A DNA stretch of 64,000 bases from an uncultured Candidatus Saccharibacteria bacterium (GTDB taxonomy: Bacteria > Patescibacteriota > Doudnabacteria > UBA920), in the NCBI GenBank assembly GCA_964473815.1, contig CAYYQK010000001.1, positions 243,845 through 307,844 of the forward strand, in the 5' to 3' direction. Both the position numbers and the translations under genes were made by a program. Of this stretch, positions 9,208-19,735 are shown one piece after another. Numbering within the stretch: position 1 is the first letter of the stretch; the number at the start of each line of letters is the position of its first letter. Below the pieces are notes generated by a model, which was not told the DNA's origin, ran no database searches, and worked only from the letters and a program-made list of their open reading frames with translations.

Positions 9208-10008
9208 TCAACTCGCAAATGCGATAGGGGCAGCTATCTTTCCGACGGTTCTGCTCTTCTTAGGCTCCCTGTATCTCTCTACTCGGTTGTCAGTGCGAAT
9301 AAAATTCGCATAGTACTCCCGAACTTCCGGCGTCCACAACCCACCGATAAACAAGCCTTCGTTCCTGACCGCTCTGTCCAAGATCTCAGTTTGGTTAATT
9401 AAAACTTGCGTTAAGATCTTGTCGTTATCTTTGTCCCAGAATTGTTCCTGGGCGTAGAAAATCGAATCCAAAGCCTCGATCGCGATGAACAGATGACATT
9501 CTGTAGAATTGTTTTCCCTGAGATCTTTCATCGTAGCCTGAGCATCTTCCGGCAACAAAGAAGTTTCTTTCAGAGCGTGCTGAACCAGATAGGCTCGTTG
9601 GAATTTCTTAAAGGCCGGTTTCGGCAGACCCGAATATCGTTCAACAAAAGCCATATACTCGGACCGGTCGGTTTTGTCGGATTGATCCTTCAACAGGATG
9701 TTCACACCTAACTCAGCTTCTCCTTCCAGCTTGACTTTGATCGCTGAATTGATGAAGTCCCAGTCCACGAGAATGGGCGGAAGGGTGTACCTGATCAGGT
9801 CAGCTAGTAGTAGCATTGAAACAAGGTGTTGCAATGAGCTCTGGCGCCGAACGCCGTTCGTCTCCGGGTCATCAGAGTACTGACTCCAGCGTTCAATGCC
9901 ATCCAAGTCGACCTGAACCCCTTTCCACAGTTTATGTAAAGGGATCAGTTCTGATAGAGCTTCGTCAAAATTGTTTGCGGCGATTGCTTCATTTCCATTT
10001 TTTATCAT
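9208..10008 (-). CDS. Hypothetical protein (266 aa from the internal start MIKNGNE)
   Basis: RBS GGAGGA 7 nt upstream of the ATG at 10008. The track ORF extends to 10059. No confident domain. Confidence 0.5.
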   Translation of the reverse strand: MIKNGNEAIAANNFDEALSELIPLHKLWKGVQVDLDGIERWSQYSDDPETNGVRRQSSLQHLVSMLLLADLIRYTLPPILVDWDFINSAIKVKLEGEAELGVNILLKDQSDKTDRSEYMAFVERYSGLPKPAFKKFQRAYLVQHALKETSLLPEDAQATMKDLRENNSTECHLFIAIEALDSIFYAQEQFWDKDNDKILTQVLINQTEILDRAVRNEGLFIGGLWTPEVREYYANFIRTDNRVERYREPKKSRTVGKIAAPIAFAS

Positions 10009-10091
10009 AAAATTTCCTCCGTTCTTTGGACATGATAGCACACTTGCACATGATTGCATAAACCCTTTAAAACCAGTATAATTAGACAGTT

Positions 10092-11162
10092 ATGAAACCA
10101 GGTTTTATCAAAATTTTGGATGAATATAATTCACTGACAGAACAAATGAGTTCTGGCGGTGATTTTGATATTGCCAAAATTGGTAAGCGTCAGGCGCAGC
10201 TTTTGCCAACTGTTGAAAAAATTCGCGACTTGCAGAATTGCGAAAAGCAGATTGAAGAAAACAAGCAGCTTCTAGATGGAGACGATGAAGAGATGCGTAA
10301 TTTGGCCTTGGAAGAAATCGAAATGCTTGAGACGAAAGTGTTAGAACTCACTGATGCAATTGAAACTGATTTAATTCCCAAAGACGAAAACGATGACAAA
10401 AATATTATGATCGAAATGCGCGCCGGAGCCGGTGGTGATGAATCGACCTTATTTGCTGCAGAAATGTTTCGCGCTTATGGCAAGTATGCGGAAGCACAAG
10501 GATGGACTGTGCATATAGACTCTTCATCTCGCAGTGATGCTGGTGGATTTAAGGAGGTAATATTTGAAGTGAATGGTCGTGGGCGCTCTGAACTTGGCCC
10601 TTATAGCAAATTTAAATATGAGTCCGGCGTGCACCGAGTACAGCGCGTACCAGAGACTGAAAAACAAGGCCGCGTACATACTTCAACCATTACAATTGCC
10701 GTAATGCCGCAACTGGAAGAAAAAGATTATGTAATTGACGCGAAAGATTTGAAGATCGAAGCTACTACCTCGCAAGGCGCGGGCGGGCAAAGTGTGAACA
10801 CTACTTATAGCGCAATTCGTGTGGTACACATTCCTACTGGGATTGTGGCGCAATGTCAGGATGAACGCTCGCAAGCTCAAAACAAAGAAAAAGCTTTGGC
10901 TGTTATTCGCGCGCGCGTTTCTGCTTACTACCGGGAAATAGAAGAAAAGAAAATTACTGATGCGCGACGCAGCCAAATTGGTACTGGCGACCGCAGTGAA
11001 AAAATCCGTACTTACAACTTCCCGCAAGATCGCGTAACTGATCACCGCATTAATCAAAACTTCAACCAGATTAACTTGATTATGGAAGGTCAGTTTGAAC
11101 CAATTATTTCTGCGCTAGAAAAAGCAGATATGGAACTGCGCAAAGAAGCTATTCAGAAGTAA
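10092..11162 (+). CDS. prfA: Peptide chain release factor 1
   Basis: GGQ motif (SQGAGGQSVNTT) and an RF1-type RVQRVPxT tripeptide region (here PET). Followed by prmC. Confidence 0.9.
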   Translation: MKPGFIKILDEYNSLTEQMSSGGDFDIAKIGKRQAQLLPTVEKIRDLQNCEKQIEENKQLLDGDDEEMRNLALEEIEMLETKVLELTDAIETDLIPKDENDDKNIMIEMRAGAGGDESTLFAAEMFRAYGKYAEAQGWTVHIDSSSRSDAGGFKEVIFEVNGRGRSELGPYSKFKYESGVHRVQRVPETEKQGRVHTSTITIAVMPQLEEKDYVIDAKDLKIEATTSQGAGGQSVNTTYSAIRVVHIPTGIVAQCQDERSQAQNKEKALAVIRARVSAYYREIEEKKITDARRSQIGTGDRSEKIRTYNFPQDRVTDHRINQNFNQINLIMEGQFEPIISALEKADMELRKEAIQK

Positions 11163-11176
11163 TTTTGTTGACCTGA

Positions 11177-11986
11177 ATGACAATTTCTGAAGCTTTAAAA
11201 AAATATAAAGATATTGAAGCTGATTTACTCCTTGGCCACGTTTTAAAGAAGTCCAAGGAGTTTTTGTATTTGAATTCAGAAAAAAAGCTTACCGAAACAC
11301 AACGAAAGAAATTTATTTTGGCCGCGAATTACAGGCGTCATGGTGTTCCGATTGCCTATATTGTTGGTTATAAATACTTTTACGGTTTGAAGTTTAAAGT
11401 TAGTCGCGATGTATTAATCCCCCGCCCTGAGACGGAGTGGTTGGTGGAAAAAAGTTTGCGGATCATTTCCGCTAAACTGAAACGTCCGCACATAAAAAAA
11501 CTGCGGGTATTGGATTTAGGGACTGGGAGCGGATGCATTGCCATTAGCATCGCGAAAAATATCAAAAGCAAGTACGTGGAAATAGATGCTATTGATCAGT
11601 CGTTCGAAGCTTTAAGATTGGCTAAAGCAAATGCTAAAACTTTGAAAGCAAAGATACATTTTATACAAAGTGATTTGTTAGCAAATACCGAAGCCAAATA
11701 CGACTTAATTATAGCCAACCTGCCTTACGTGCCCATTTCGGATTACAAAAAGCTATACAGTAACTTAAAATTTGAGCCTAAAAGAGCATTAACAGATGGC
11801 CATGATGACTTTCGCCTCATCAAAAAGTTTTTAAAACAAGCTCCAACACATTTACAACCGGGTGGAACAATAATTTTGGAAGTTGATCCCAAATTCTTTA
11901 GGCAAAAACAAGATCATCCTTGGCGAATTGTAAAGGACCTGCATAACTTAAATAGATTTGCGCTCTTAAAAGGTGCGATAAAATAA
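11177..11986 (+). CDS. prmC: Release factor glutamine N5-methyltransferase (HemK/PrmC)
   Basis: LDLGTGSGCIAISIA SAM motif and NLPY (NPPY-type) catalytic motif. Classic prfA-prmC arrangement. Confidence 0.85.
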   Translation: MTISEALKKYKDIEADLLLGHVLKKSKEFLYLNSEKKLTETQRKKFILAANYRRHGVPIAYIVGYKYFYGLKFKVSRDVLIPRPETEWLVEKSLRIISAKLKRPHIKKLRVLDLGTGSGCIAISIAKNIKSKYVEIDAIDQSFEALRLAKANAKTLKAKIHFIQSDLLANTEAKYDLIIANLPYVPISDYKKLYSNLKFEPKRALTDGHDDFRLIKKFLKQAPTHLQPGGTIILEVDPKFFRQKQDHPWRIVKDLHNLNRFALLKGAIK

Positions 11987-12031
11987 CTTGCCGAACTTCC
12001 ATTTTTGGACATATAATACTGAGTAAATAAA

Positions 12032-12427
12032 TTGGGAGGTGTTATGGAAGAGGAAAAAGTCGTAGTTAATCCTAAACTGGAAAAGTTCTGGAACTTCGTT
12101 CTTACATACAAACTTATTTGGTTCGGCTTGATCGGCGTGGTTATTGCCTTTCTGTTTTCTGATCCAAAAACCGAAACCCTAATCGGCTGCGCTGCGATAT
12201 TCACAATCGCATCAGGGATGCTAAAAGTTTATTGCGGCTGGTCAATTCGGGAGCAAACAACTGTGCTAATTGCCGCGGGTACTCTGGTCGTATATTACAA
12301 CCTAGAGAAGACCTATACGGAACGAGCTCCTGTCGGGGAAGCTTTAGGTGGGCTGATGATTTTCGTTGGTGCTGTTTGGCAGTTAATCGAATATTTCGGT
12401 GCTCTTAAAACGGAAGCACACAACTGA
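12032..12427 (+). CDS. Small membrane protein (131 aa)
   Basis: Three or four hydrophobic helices. Confidence 0.45.
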   Translation: MGGVMEEEKVVVNPKLEKFWNFVLTYKLIWFGLIGVVIAFLFSDPKTETLIGCAAIFTIASGMLKVYCGWSIREQTTVLIAAGTLVVYYNLEKTYTERAPVGEALGGLMIFVGAVWQLIEYFGALKTEAHN

Positions 12428-12443
12428 CACTAGAAATTCCACA

Positions 12444-12488
12444 CAAAAAAAAGCCGGTCGCTCATAAGCGATCGGCTCTTATTTTATC
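12444..12488. terminator. Bidirectional intrinsic terminator (10-bp stem AGCCGGTCGC/GCGATCGGCT)
   Basis: A-run before and T-run after the stem. Between convergent genes. Confidence 0.65.
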
Positions 12489-12499
12489 TATTAACGATA

Positions 12500-13198
12500 T
12501 TACTCGCCAGATTCTTCTTTTTTGGCATCGCCGCCATCGCTAGCAGCAGCTTCACCTTCCGCACCAGGTTCTGGACCAACAGCAGCAGCCACAGCAGCAG
12601 CTTCGTCCATTTGTGCGTTAGCAGCTTCTTCAGCCGCCATATCACGAGGAGGTTGAACGGTTGCAACCATTTCGTCAGCTTCCGCTTTAATCTCAACTTT
12701 ATCAGAAACTTTAAGGTCTGAAACCAAAATTTGTTTGTCGAATGAATCCAAAACTGAAATATCAACATTAATTTGGTGAGGCAGGTCTGCTGGTAAACAT
12801 TCAACTTCAACTTCTGACAAAACTGTTACCAAAGTACCGCCCAAAGCTTTCACTGCATGAGATTCACCTTCGAATTCCAAAGGCACAGTAGCAGTAAGCT
12901 TTTCAGACATCTTAACTTCGTAGAAGTCAACGTGAATTGGCTGAGAAGATAGATAGTGGCGTTCAACATCCTTAATTAAGACATTACGCATACCGCCGTC
13001 TGGTAATTGCAGCTCAATAATAGTACTTTCACCCGCTTTACGGAGTACTTTTTCAAACTCAATTTGATTCAAACTTAAATGGAGATTTTGAATTTTATGG
13101 CCATACAATTCGGCTGGAATTAGACCAGCGCGATAAAGTGGCTTAGCTGTGCGGGTATTTACCTCGCGAGCTTCTGTTTTTAACTGAATTTTTTCCAT
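12500..13198 (-). CDS. rplY: 50S ribosomal protein L25 / general stress protein Ctc form
   Basis: N-terminal L25 signature (KTEAREVNTRTAKPLYRAGLIPAELYG), acidic Ala-rich C-terminal tail. Confidence 0.85.
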   Translation of the reverse strand: MEKIQLKTEAREVNTRTAKPLYRAGLIPAELYGHKIQNLHLSLNQIEFEKVLRKAGESTIIELQLPDGGMRNVLIKDVERHYLSSQPIHVDFYEVKMSEKLTATVPLEFEGESHAVKALGGTLVTVLSEVEVECLPADLPHQINVDISVLDSFDKQILVSDLKVSDKVEIKAEADEMVATVQPPRDMAAEEAANAQMDEAAAVAAAVGPEPGAEGEAAASDGGDAKKEESGE

Positions 13199-13278
13199 AT
13201 CAATACAATATCAAAAGATTAAATACTGAAGTATTCTATCAAATTCTTATATTTTTGGCAAGTCCCGAGGCTGAGAAA

Positions 13279-13665
13279 TTATTTCTTAGTCTTGAAAGCC
13301 TTAATAAAATCCCCATTAAACTTACGGATTCCGTTGTGAACCGAGATCACATCGTCAATATTAAGGGATGGATAAGCGCTAAATTTGTCGCTATCTTTGC
13401 TGGTGAGGTCAGTTTTGGCAATAACTGTAAAAATGTCAGCGCCGTTGATATCAATATTAAACATCACGCTACTTTTACATCTTTGGCAATCTGAATGAAT
13501 TAACAGATGAGCTTCCGAAGTCAGGGCATCTGTTTCACTGTCCATAATTTTAATATTTGAGAAATCGTACTTTGCGTTACAAACCGGGCAGTGCAGCATG
13601 AATCCTAGCCAAGCCAACACTTTTTTCAAATTAAATTTCTTCATTTTCTCGTTTTTAATGTACAT
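13279..13665 (-). CDS. Hypothetical Cys-pair (zinc-ribbon-like) protein
   Basis: CPVC ... CQRC pairs. Confidence 0.4.
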   Translation of the reverse strand: MYIKNEKMKKFNLKKVLAWLGFMLHCPVCNAKYDFSNIKIMDSETDALTSEAHLLIHSDCQRCKSSVMFNIDINGADIFTVIAKTDLTSKDSDKFSAYPSLNIDDVISVHNGIRKFNGDFIKAFKTKK

Positions 13666-13719
13666 CCCTATTATACACTTTGTGAAATGAAAGGTAAATT
13701 ATTGCGCTCTGGATGTGTA

Positions 13720-14820
13720 CTAGAAACGCAAAGCTTTGGATTGTTTGGCAACATTTTGCACAATTCCGAGGGCAATGCAGGTTACTAACAAAGAGCTTCC
13801 ACCGTAAGTTAAGAATGGTAATGGAATCCCTGTCACAGGTAGCAAGCCGATATTCATACCAATATTGATTAACACCTGCGCCATGAACAAAAACAAAATC
13901 CCGCCAGTAATATAAAGCGCTAAATCATCTGGGGAGTTCTTCATTATTTTTATGAAACGGCGGAAAAGCAGAAAGTATAAGAACAGCAAAGCAACGGAGC
14001 CAGTGAAACCAATTTCTTCGGCAGCTGACGCAAAGATAAAGTCGGTTTGTCGTTCAGGTAAAAATTTTAGCTGGCTTTGCAAGCCCTTCCCAAGTCCGCG
14101 ACCGAGCATTTCCCCACTTCCTACCGCAATGATCGCCTGACGAACATTGTATCCCTGCTTTTGTGCATATTTATCAGGATTCAAAAATACTTCCACGCGC
14201 TGCTTTTGATAATCATGCAATACGAATTTCCAGGCTACACCACCTAGAGCCACAGCAACAATTAAGAAAATAATTATATAGTAACGCCGCAGCGGGCTGA
14301 TCAACATAATTCCAAACCAAACAGTCATTACGACAATTGCAGAGCCGAGATCAGGTTCAATGAAAATTAAACCTGCTGGCACCGCTGCATACAAAAAAGT
14401 AATCAAGATACTGGACCAGGAATTAATTTGACCACGTTTTAAATACAACCATCGCGACAAACCAAGACCAATAATAATTTTAGCGAGTTCCGCAGGTTGT
14501 AATTGAAAAAAGCCAAAGTCGATCCAGCGGGCACTACCACGAATTGGATCACCGAAAAGCACTAGGTAAATTAAAGCGAGAATTAAAACCAGATAAGCAA
14601 TGCGATTAATCTTTGCCAATCGATGATAATTGTAAGAAGCAAAGAGCAAAAACAACACTACACCAGCACAGGAAAAGATTAATTGGCGGTAAAATATGCC
14701 GATATTATCGCCGGAAAGCGAAACAGCGTATTGCACAGCCAATCCGAGCAATAACAATAAGCCGCTGACAACGAGCAGCGGCATATCGTAATATTTTAAT
14801 CGGTTAAAAATTGTCGGCAT
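13720..14820 (-). CDS. SEDS-family peptidoglycan glycosyltransferase (RodA/FtsW)
   Basis: Polytopic membrane protein with the GIPLPFLTYGGSSLL conserved motif. Confidence 0.9.
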   Translation of the reverse strand: MPTIFNRLKYYDMPLLVVSGLLLLLGLAVQYAVSLSGDNIGIFYRQLIFSCAGVVLFLLFASYNYHRLAKINRIAYLVLILALIYLVLFGDPIRGSARWIDFGFFQLQPAELAKIIIGLGLSRWLYLKRGQINSWSSILITFLYAAVPAGLIFIEPDLGSAIVVMTVWFGIMLISPLRRYYIIIFLIVAVALGGVAWKFVLHDYQKQRVEVFLNPDKYAQKQGYNVRQAIIAVGSGEMLGRGLGKGLQSQLKFLPERQTDFIFASAAEEIGFTGSVALLFLYFLLFRRFIKIMKNSPDDLALYITGGILFLFMAQVLINIGMNIGLLPVTGIPLPFLTYGGSSLLVTCIALGIVQNVAKQSKALRF

Positions 14821-15691
14821 TGTTAGTATTACTTGGAGACGCTTGTGTTGTATCTATTGTGATATTTTGCGGATCGAGTGAATTAGTCGTTGGAATGATT
14901 TGCACTTTCTTTACCTGGTCTTTGTAAAGTCCCGGCCATAGTTGATTGAAACTCCGGCGTCCGAAAGGTACTAATTTATTTTCGTCGCGTTGACTAACGC
15001 CAATTATTTGTCCGTTATCATCGTACAACAAAAATACAATTCTGGCGCTAGCAATTTGATACGGACTGTCATTAATTATAGAGACTTGGGCAACAAAAGT
15101 TAACGGGTTCGATTGATCACTCAAAATCGGTTCAGCCGCGCGAAGCTTTACATCGGCAATGGATAATTTCTTTTGCCAGTTTATATTATCGAGTTTAATC
15201 GTACCCGCAGAGACATTCCCACTACCCACGTTAATATTTGGAAACACTACGTACTTCTTTTCGTTTGGCAGTAAGTACAAAGTGCCCTTGGAAGTATTAA
15301 CGGTAGCGCCGGAAGAATTGGTAAAATTCGCGGTGTATGTAATGTCATTGGCAGAAAGTTCAATGTTAGGATTGGTTACTGTTACTACTGCGCTGTAGGA
15401 ATTGTTTGGGTTATGGATTACTGTCATCTTCCCAATACTTGGCGGAAGCTCGGCAGTGAAAGCAGAATGCTCTGAGAGAGCCATTCGACCGTACTTCGAA
15501 GACAAATATTGTTCAGTGCCTAAACGCGCGATTAAATAAACTGGAATTATTAGGATAGCTATAGCTAAAATCACCCGTTGCTTCCAAACCGGTAAGTTAC
15601 CAAATTCATTTAAAAATGAAAAACTTTTTTCTTGTACGCCCAAGACTGCTTCTTGAACATTGACCTGAACAGTGTCTTTTATGTCAGCCAT
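14804..15691 (-). CDS. Membrane-anchored extracytoplasmic protein, unknown function
   Basis: Single N-terminal TM helix. Overlaps the SEDS gene start by 17 nt, suggesting an operon. Confidence 0.5.
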   Translation of the reverse strand: MADIKDTVQVNVQEAVLGVQEKSFSFLNEFGNLPVWKQRVILAIAILIIPVYLIARLGTEQYLSSKYGRMALSEHSAFTAELPPSIGKMTVIHNPNNSYSAVVTVTNPNIELSANDITYTANFTNSSGATVNTSKGTLYLLPNEKKYVVFPNINVGSGNVSAGTIKLDNINWQKKLSIADVKLRAAEPILSDQSNPLTFVAQVSIINDSPYQIASARIVFLLYDDNGQIIGVSQRDENKLVPFGRRSFNQLWPGLYKDQVKKVQIIPTTNSLDPQNITIDTTQASPSNTNNADNF

Positions 15692-15725
15692 TTGGTTATG
15701 TTATGATAACTATATTATATCAAAA

Positions 15726-18700
15726 ATGTTCACTCATCTCCATTGCCATTCGCATTATTCCCTACTCGACGGACTTTCAAAAGTGCCGGATTTAATTGCG
15801 GCCGCAGTCGCCGATGGGCAAACTTCCCTTGCAATTACCGATCATGGCGTTATGTACGGTGCGGTCGAATTCTTTAACGAGTGTAATACCGCAGGGATAA
15901 AACCAATTATTGGTATGGAAGCTTACATCGCGCCCCGTTCCATGGCAGACAAAGAAGGTAAAAGCGATGCGGACTATTTCCATATGACTTTGTTGGCTGA
16001 AAATTACGATGGTTACTTAAATCTGATGAAGCTGACCACCATTGCTCACCAGGAAGGTTTTTACTACAAACCCCGTATTGATCTGGCGACCTTAAAAGAA
16101 TATGCGAAAGGAATAATTGCTTTATCTGGTTGCCCGCGCGGTCATGTCGCACGTGCGATTTTGGAAAATCGTGGACAAACCAAACCTGCTGAAACGGTTT
16201 TGCAAGCAATATTAGAAATTTTTGGGAAAGATAATTTTTTCTTGGAATTACAGCGCAATGCAAATGACGGCAAAGAATTACAACCAAACGATGAACTAAT
16301 TGCCTTGGGTAAAAAGTTTGGTGTGCCGGTTGTCGCTACGCAAGATTGCCACTACATCCACAAAGATGACGCAGAAGCACAGGACATAATGGTCTGCATT
16401 GGCACGGGTAAAAATGTTGATGATCCAAAACGCCTCGACATGCGCAGTCATGATTTAAGTTTGCGCTCTACCGCAGAGATGACAGAAGTTTTTGCAGATG
16501 TACCTGATGCAATTAGTAACACCCAAGTTATTGCGGGACGCTGTAATGTGACAATCCCAATCGGACAACGTTTGTTTCCAAAAGTTAAGCTGCCTGCCAA
16601 CACCACTTCGGAACAACACTTAACTCACACTGTAAATGAACTTGCGAAAACTTCTTACGGAGACAAAGTTACCGGCATTGTTCCACCCGACATTCAGGAG
16701 CGCATTGACTATGAATTAGATATTATCAACAACAAAGGTTTTGCCCCTTACTTTTTGATGGTGGCAAATGTTGTTAAGGGTGCGCACGCTCTGGGTGCGA
16801 TCACTAATACTCGTGGCAGCGCTGCTGGTTCGATTGTTGGACGCATTTTGGAGATTACTAATATCGATCCTCTATATTATCAATTGCCGTTCGAACGTTT
16901 CCTAACTAAAGATCGTCCTACTCCTCCTGATATAGACCTCGATATTGCTGATGATCGACGTGACGAAGTGATTGCCTGGATGACCCAGGAATACGGGCAT
17001 GAAAACGTGGCGCAAATTATTACTTTCGGGACTATGAAAGCCCGCGCGGTTGTGCGCGATGTGGGCCGAGCTTTAGCTATTCCGTACGGCAAGTGTGATC
17101 GCATTGCCAAAATGATTCCTTTGGGTAAACAAGGTTTTGAAATGACTTTGGAAAAAGCGTTGGGATTGAGTATTGAACTCAAAACTGCTTACGACACTGA
17201 CGAAGAAACGCATCGGATAATTGAAATTTCTCGTAAGCTCGAGGGTTGTGTTCGCCATGCCTCAATTCACGCTGCGGGGATTGTGATCACGCCAACTCCT
17301 TTAACAGACAACATTCCTTTGCAAAAAGAACCAGATGGTGAACGGTTAATTACTCAATACGACATGTACGCGCTAGACCCGAACGCAGACAGCGGTGCTA
17401 TCGGTGCTATTAAACTCGATTTGTTGGGAATTCGTAATTTGTCGATTTTGGAAAAAGCTTTGAAACTGGTGAAGATTCGACACAATGTAGAACTGGATAT
17501 CAATAATCTCCCCCACCCTGATCCTAAAACTTTTGAGATGCTCTCTAAAGGTTTAACTTTCGGTGTGTTTCAACTTGGATCTTCGGGCATGACTCGCTAC
17601 TTAAAAGAACTTCGACCAAGCACCATTTTTGACATCTCAGCGATGATCGCGTTGTACCGCCCGGGCCCGATGCAGTTCATTCCGGATTACATTGCGCGTA
17701 AACACAACCCTAAACTAATTACTTACATGGATCCGGAGTTGGAACGAATTTTAAATCGTACTTATGGAATTTTGGTATATCAAGACGACCTTTTGATAAT
17801 TGCGCACGACTTAGCCGGTTATACTTGGCCGGAAGTAGATAAATTCCGAAAAGCGGTTGGTAAGAAGATTCCAGCAGAAATGGCTAAGCAAAAGGAAAAA
17901 TTTATTAAAGGTTGTATGGAGACTTCCGGATGGACTGAACAAAAGGCCACTCAGATTTGGACTTGGATTGAACCATTCGCAGCTTATGGCTTTAATAAAT
18001 CTCACTCGGCCTCTTATTCTTTGGTGGGATACCAAACCGCTTATATGAAGGCGAATTTCCCAGTGGAATTTATGGCGGCTCTCATGACCGCGGACTCAGG
18101 AGATGAAGAAAAAATCTATGCCGCGGTTGAAGAATGTAAGAAAATGAATATTGCCGTGTTGCCGCCAGACGTGACTGAAAGCTATGGCGACTTTACAGTC
18201 ATTGATGATCACACCATTCGTTTCGGTTTACGTGCCATTAAAAATCTTGGTTCCGATGTTGTGCGGAAAATTATTGATTCGCACAAAGAGAAAATTGTAT
18301 TTAACAATTTAGAAGATTTTTTGATGAATTGTTACACCAAGAATTTGAATAAGAAATCTTGGGAAGCTTTGGTGAAATCGGGAGCATTGGATAAATTTGG
18401 GGAACGCGGACAACTTTTAGCAAGTACGGAACACGTGCTCGACTTTTTGCGTGAACATTTTAAACAGGATAATGTTGGCCAAAACTCCTTGTTTGGTGAA
18501 AGTTTACAAATTGGAAAGCTGCGATTAAAAGATGACGTTGCTGAAGCAACAAACGAAGAAAAACTGGGTTGGGAAAAAGAACATTTGGGAATGTTTGTCT
18601 CTGCCCACCCACTTGATGCTTACCGCGATGTGTTAAAAGATTTTTCGCCAATTGCCAATGTCATAACCCAAGGTGACGGACAAGCGGTAAATATTGCAGG

Positions 18701-19196
18701 CTTGATTGTAAAATACAAACGTACTCTTACTAAGAAAAATGACCCAATGGCTTTTTTCACTTTGCAAGATTTAAGTGGTTCTTTAGAAGTGTTGGTTTTT
18801 CCAAAAATAATGTTGCAGTCTTTACAATTTTTAGATTTAGACCGAATCGTTCAAGTAAAAGGACGAATCTCTGACAAAGACGGCGAACGAAAAATCATTG
18901 CCGAAGAAATTTCTGATGTGGTAAGCGATGAACTCTATACTATGGCTGTTTCTGAAATGGAAAAGCACAAGCAATTGGTTATACATATGCCAAGCATTCA
19001 AAACCAAGACGCTTTGAATCAGATTAAAGAATTATTAGTAGCAAACCCCGGGAATGCTCAGGTGTATTTAAATGTCGGTCAAGCTGGAACAGGAAAGACA
19101 ATAAAAACCCAATCTCAAGTTCATATTAGTCCTGAATTATTGCAGCAATTGCGCCGTGTTCCTGATGTTGTGAGTATTACCGACACCCTCGGTTAA
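15726..19196 (+). CDS. dnaE: DNA polymerase III alpha subunit (DnaE type)
   Basis: PHP-domain start MFTHLHCHSHYSLLDG. Length and architecture fit DnaE. The track ORF starts at GTG 15672, which would overlap the divergent gene. ATG 15726 is preferred. Confidence 0.9.
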   Translation: MFTHLHCHSHYSLLDGLSKVPDLIAAAVADGQTSLAITDHGVMYGAVEFFNECNTAGIKPIIGMEAYIAPRSMADKEGKSDADYFHMTLLAENYDGYLNLMKLTTIAHQEGFYYKPRIDLATLKEYAKGIIALSGCPRGHVARAILENRGQTKPAETVLQAILEIFGKDNFFLELQRNANDGKELQPNDELIALGKKFGVPVVATQDCHYIHKDDAEAQDIMVCIGTGKNVDDPKRLDMRSHDLSLRSTAEMTEVFADVPDAISNTQVIAGRCNVTIPIGQRLFPKVKLPANTTSEQHLTHTVNELAKTSYGDKVTGIVPPDIQERIDYELDIINNKGFAPYFLMVANVVKGAHALGAITNTRGSAAGSIVGRILEITNIDPLYYQLPFERFLTKDRPTPPDIDLDIADDRRDEVIAWMTQEYGHENVAQIITFGTMKARAVVRDVGRALAIPYGKCDRIAKMIPLGKQGFEMTLEKALGLSIELKTAYDTDEETHRIIEISRKLEGCVRHASIHAAGIVITPTPLTDNIPLQKEPDGERLITQYDMYALDPNADSGAIGAIKLDLLGIRNLSILEKALKLVKIRHNVELDINNLPHPDPKTFEMLSKGLTFGVFQLGSSGMTRYLKELRPSTIFDISAMIALYRPGPMQFIPDYIARKHNPKLITYMDPELERILNRTYGILVYQDDLLIIAHDLAGYTWPEVDKFRKAVGKKIPAEMAKQKEKFIKGCMETSGWTEQKATQIWTWIEPFAAYGFNKSHSASYSLVGYQTAYMKANFPVEFMAALMTADSGDEEKIYAAVEECKKMNIAVLPPDVTESYGDFTVIDDHTIRFGLRAIKNLGSDVVRKIIDSHKEKIVFNNLEDFLMNCYTKNLNKKSWEALVKSGALDKFGERGQLLASTEHVLDFLREHFKQDNVGQNSLFGESLQIGKLRLKDDVAEATNEEKLGWEKEHLGMFVSAHPLDAYRDVLKDFSPIANVITQGDGQAVNIAGLIVKYKRTLTKKNDPMAFFTLQDLSGSLEVLVFPKIMLQSLQFLDLDRIVQVKGRISDKDGERKIIAEEISDVVSDELYTMAVSEMEKHKQLVIHMPSIQNQDALNQIKELLVANPGNAQVYLNVGQAGTGKTIKTQSQVHISPELLQQLRRVPDVVSITDTLG

Positions 19197-19200
19197 CCCC

Positions 19201-19229
19201 TTGACAAACACACTCAGAGGTGTATATTA
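19201..19229 (+). promoter_or_regulatory. Candidate promoter TTGACA-N16/17-TATATT
   Basis: Read directly. Sits at the start of an 820-bp ORF-poor region. Confidence 0.4.
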
Positions 19230-19237
19230 AAAGTGAG

Positions 19238-19735
19238 GTACATGCTTTACAAAGCTAAACCTCTTAGAGACTTGCTCTCCCCACATTTCATCGCAATTTA
19301 TTTAGTCTCCTGAGTTTCTGGATGTAATTTTTTTCCTCAGAAACTCTTCTCTCACTCATCTTGCGATGACTTCGATTCCATAGGAGGAATCATTTAAGGA
19401 TCATTTTATGTTAGGGCCCAAGTACTATTAACTAGCCCAACACCACCGTTTTCATATTTTTCTCTTTCATTGCTCGATCCTTTTTCTTCTCCCGCCGATT
19501 TCATCTGAAGTCGGCCCTTTTTTTATTACCAAATTCATGTATAATAGAAGCAGCTCCTCAAATGCTGATGCGGCTACCAACCGCGGAGTTTGACTGAACT
19601 AAATAAAAAGGCCCTTGCAACATCAAGCAAGAGCGAACTGGGACGGAATCGTCTAAATAAAAGACCCCAGAGACAGCAATCGAACAGACCTTAAGTCATT
19701 ATCGATATTTGTCTCCGGGGTTCTTTGTTTTTCAG
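19238..19735 (+). ncRNA. Candidate structured ncRNA(s) with RNase P RNA-like features, unconfirmed
   Basis: ATGACTT (19366-19372) is complementary to AAGTCAT (19693-19699) about 320 nt away. The first is followed by TTCCATAGGAGG and the second preceded by AACAGA, resembling bacterial RNase P P4 strands. A P3-like hairpin lies at 19312-19346 and a P2-like GTCTC/GAGAC pair. An internal hairpin plus T-run (19483-19515) argues against a single RNA. Confidence 0.25.
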
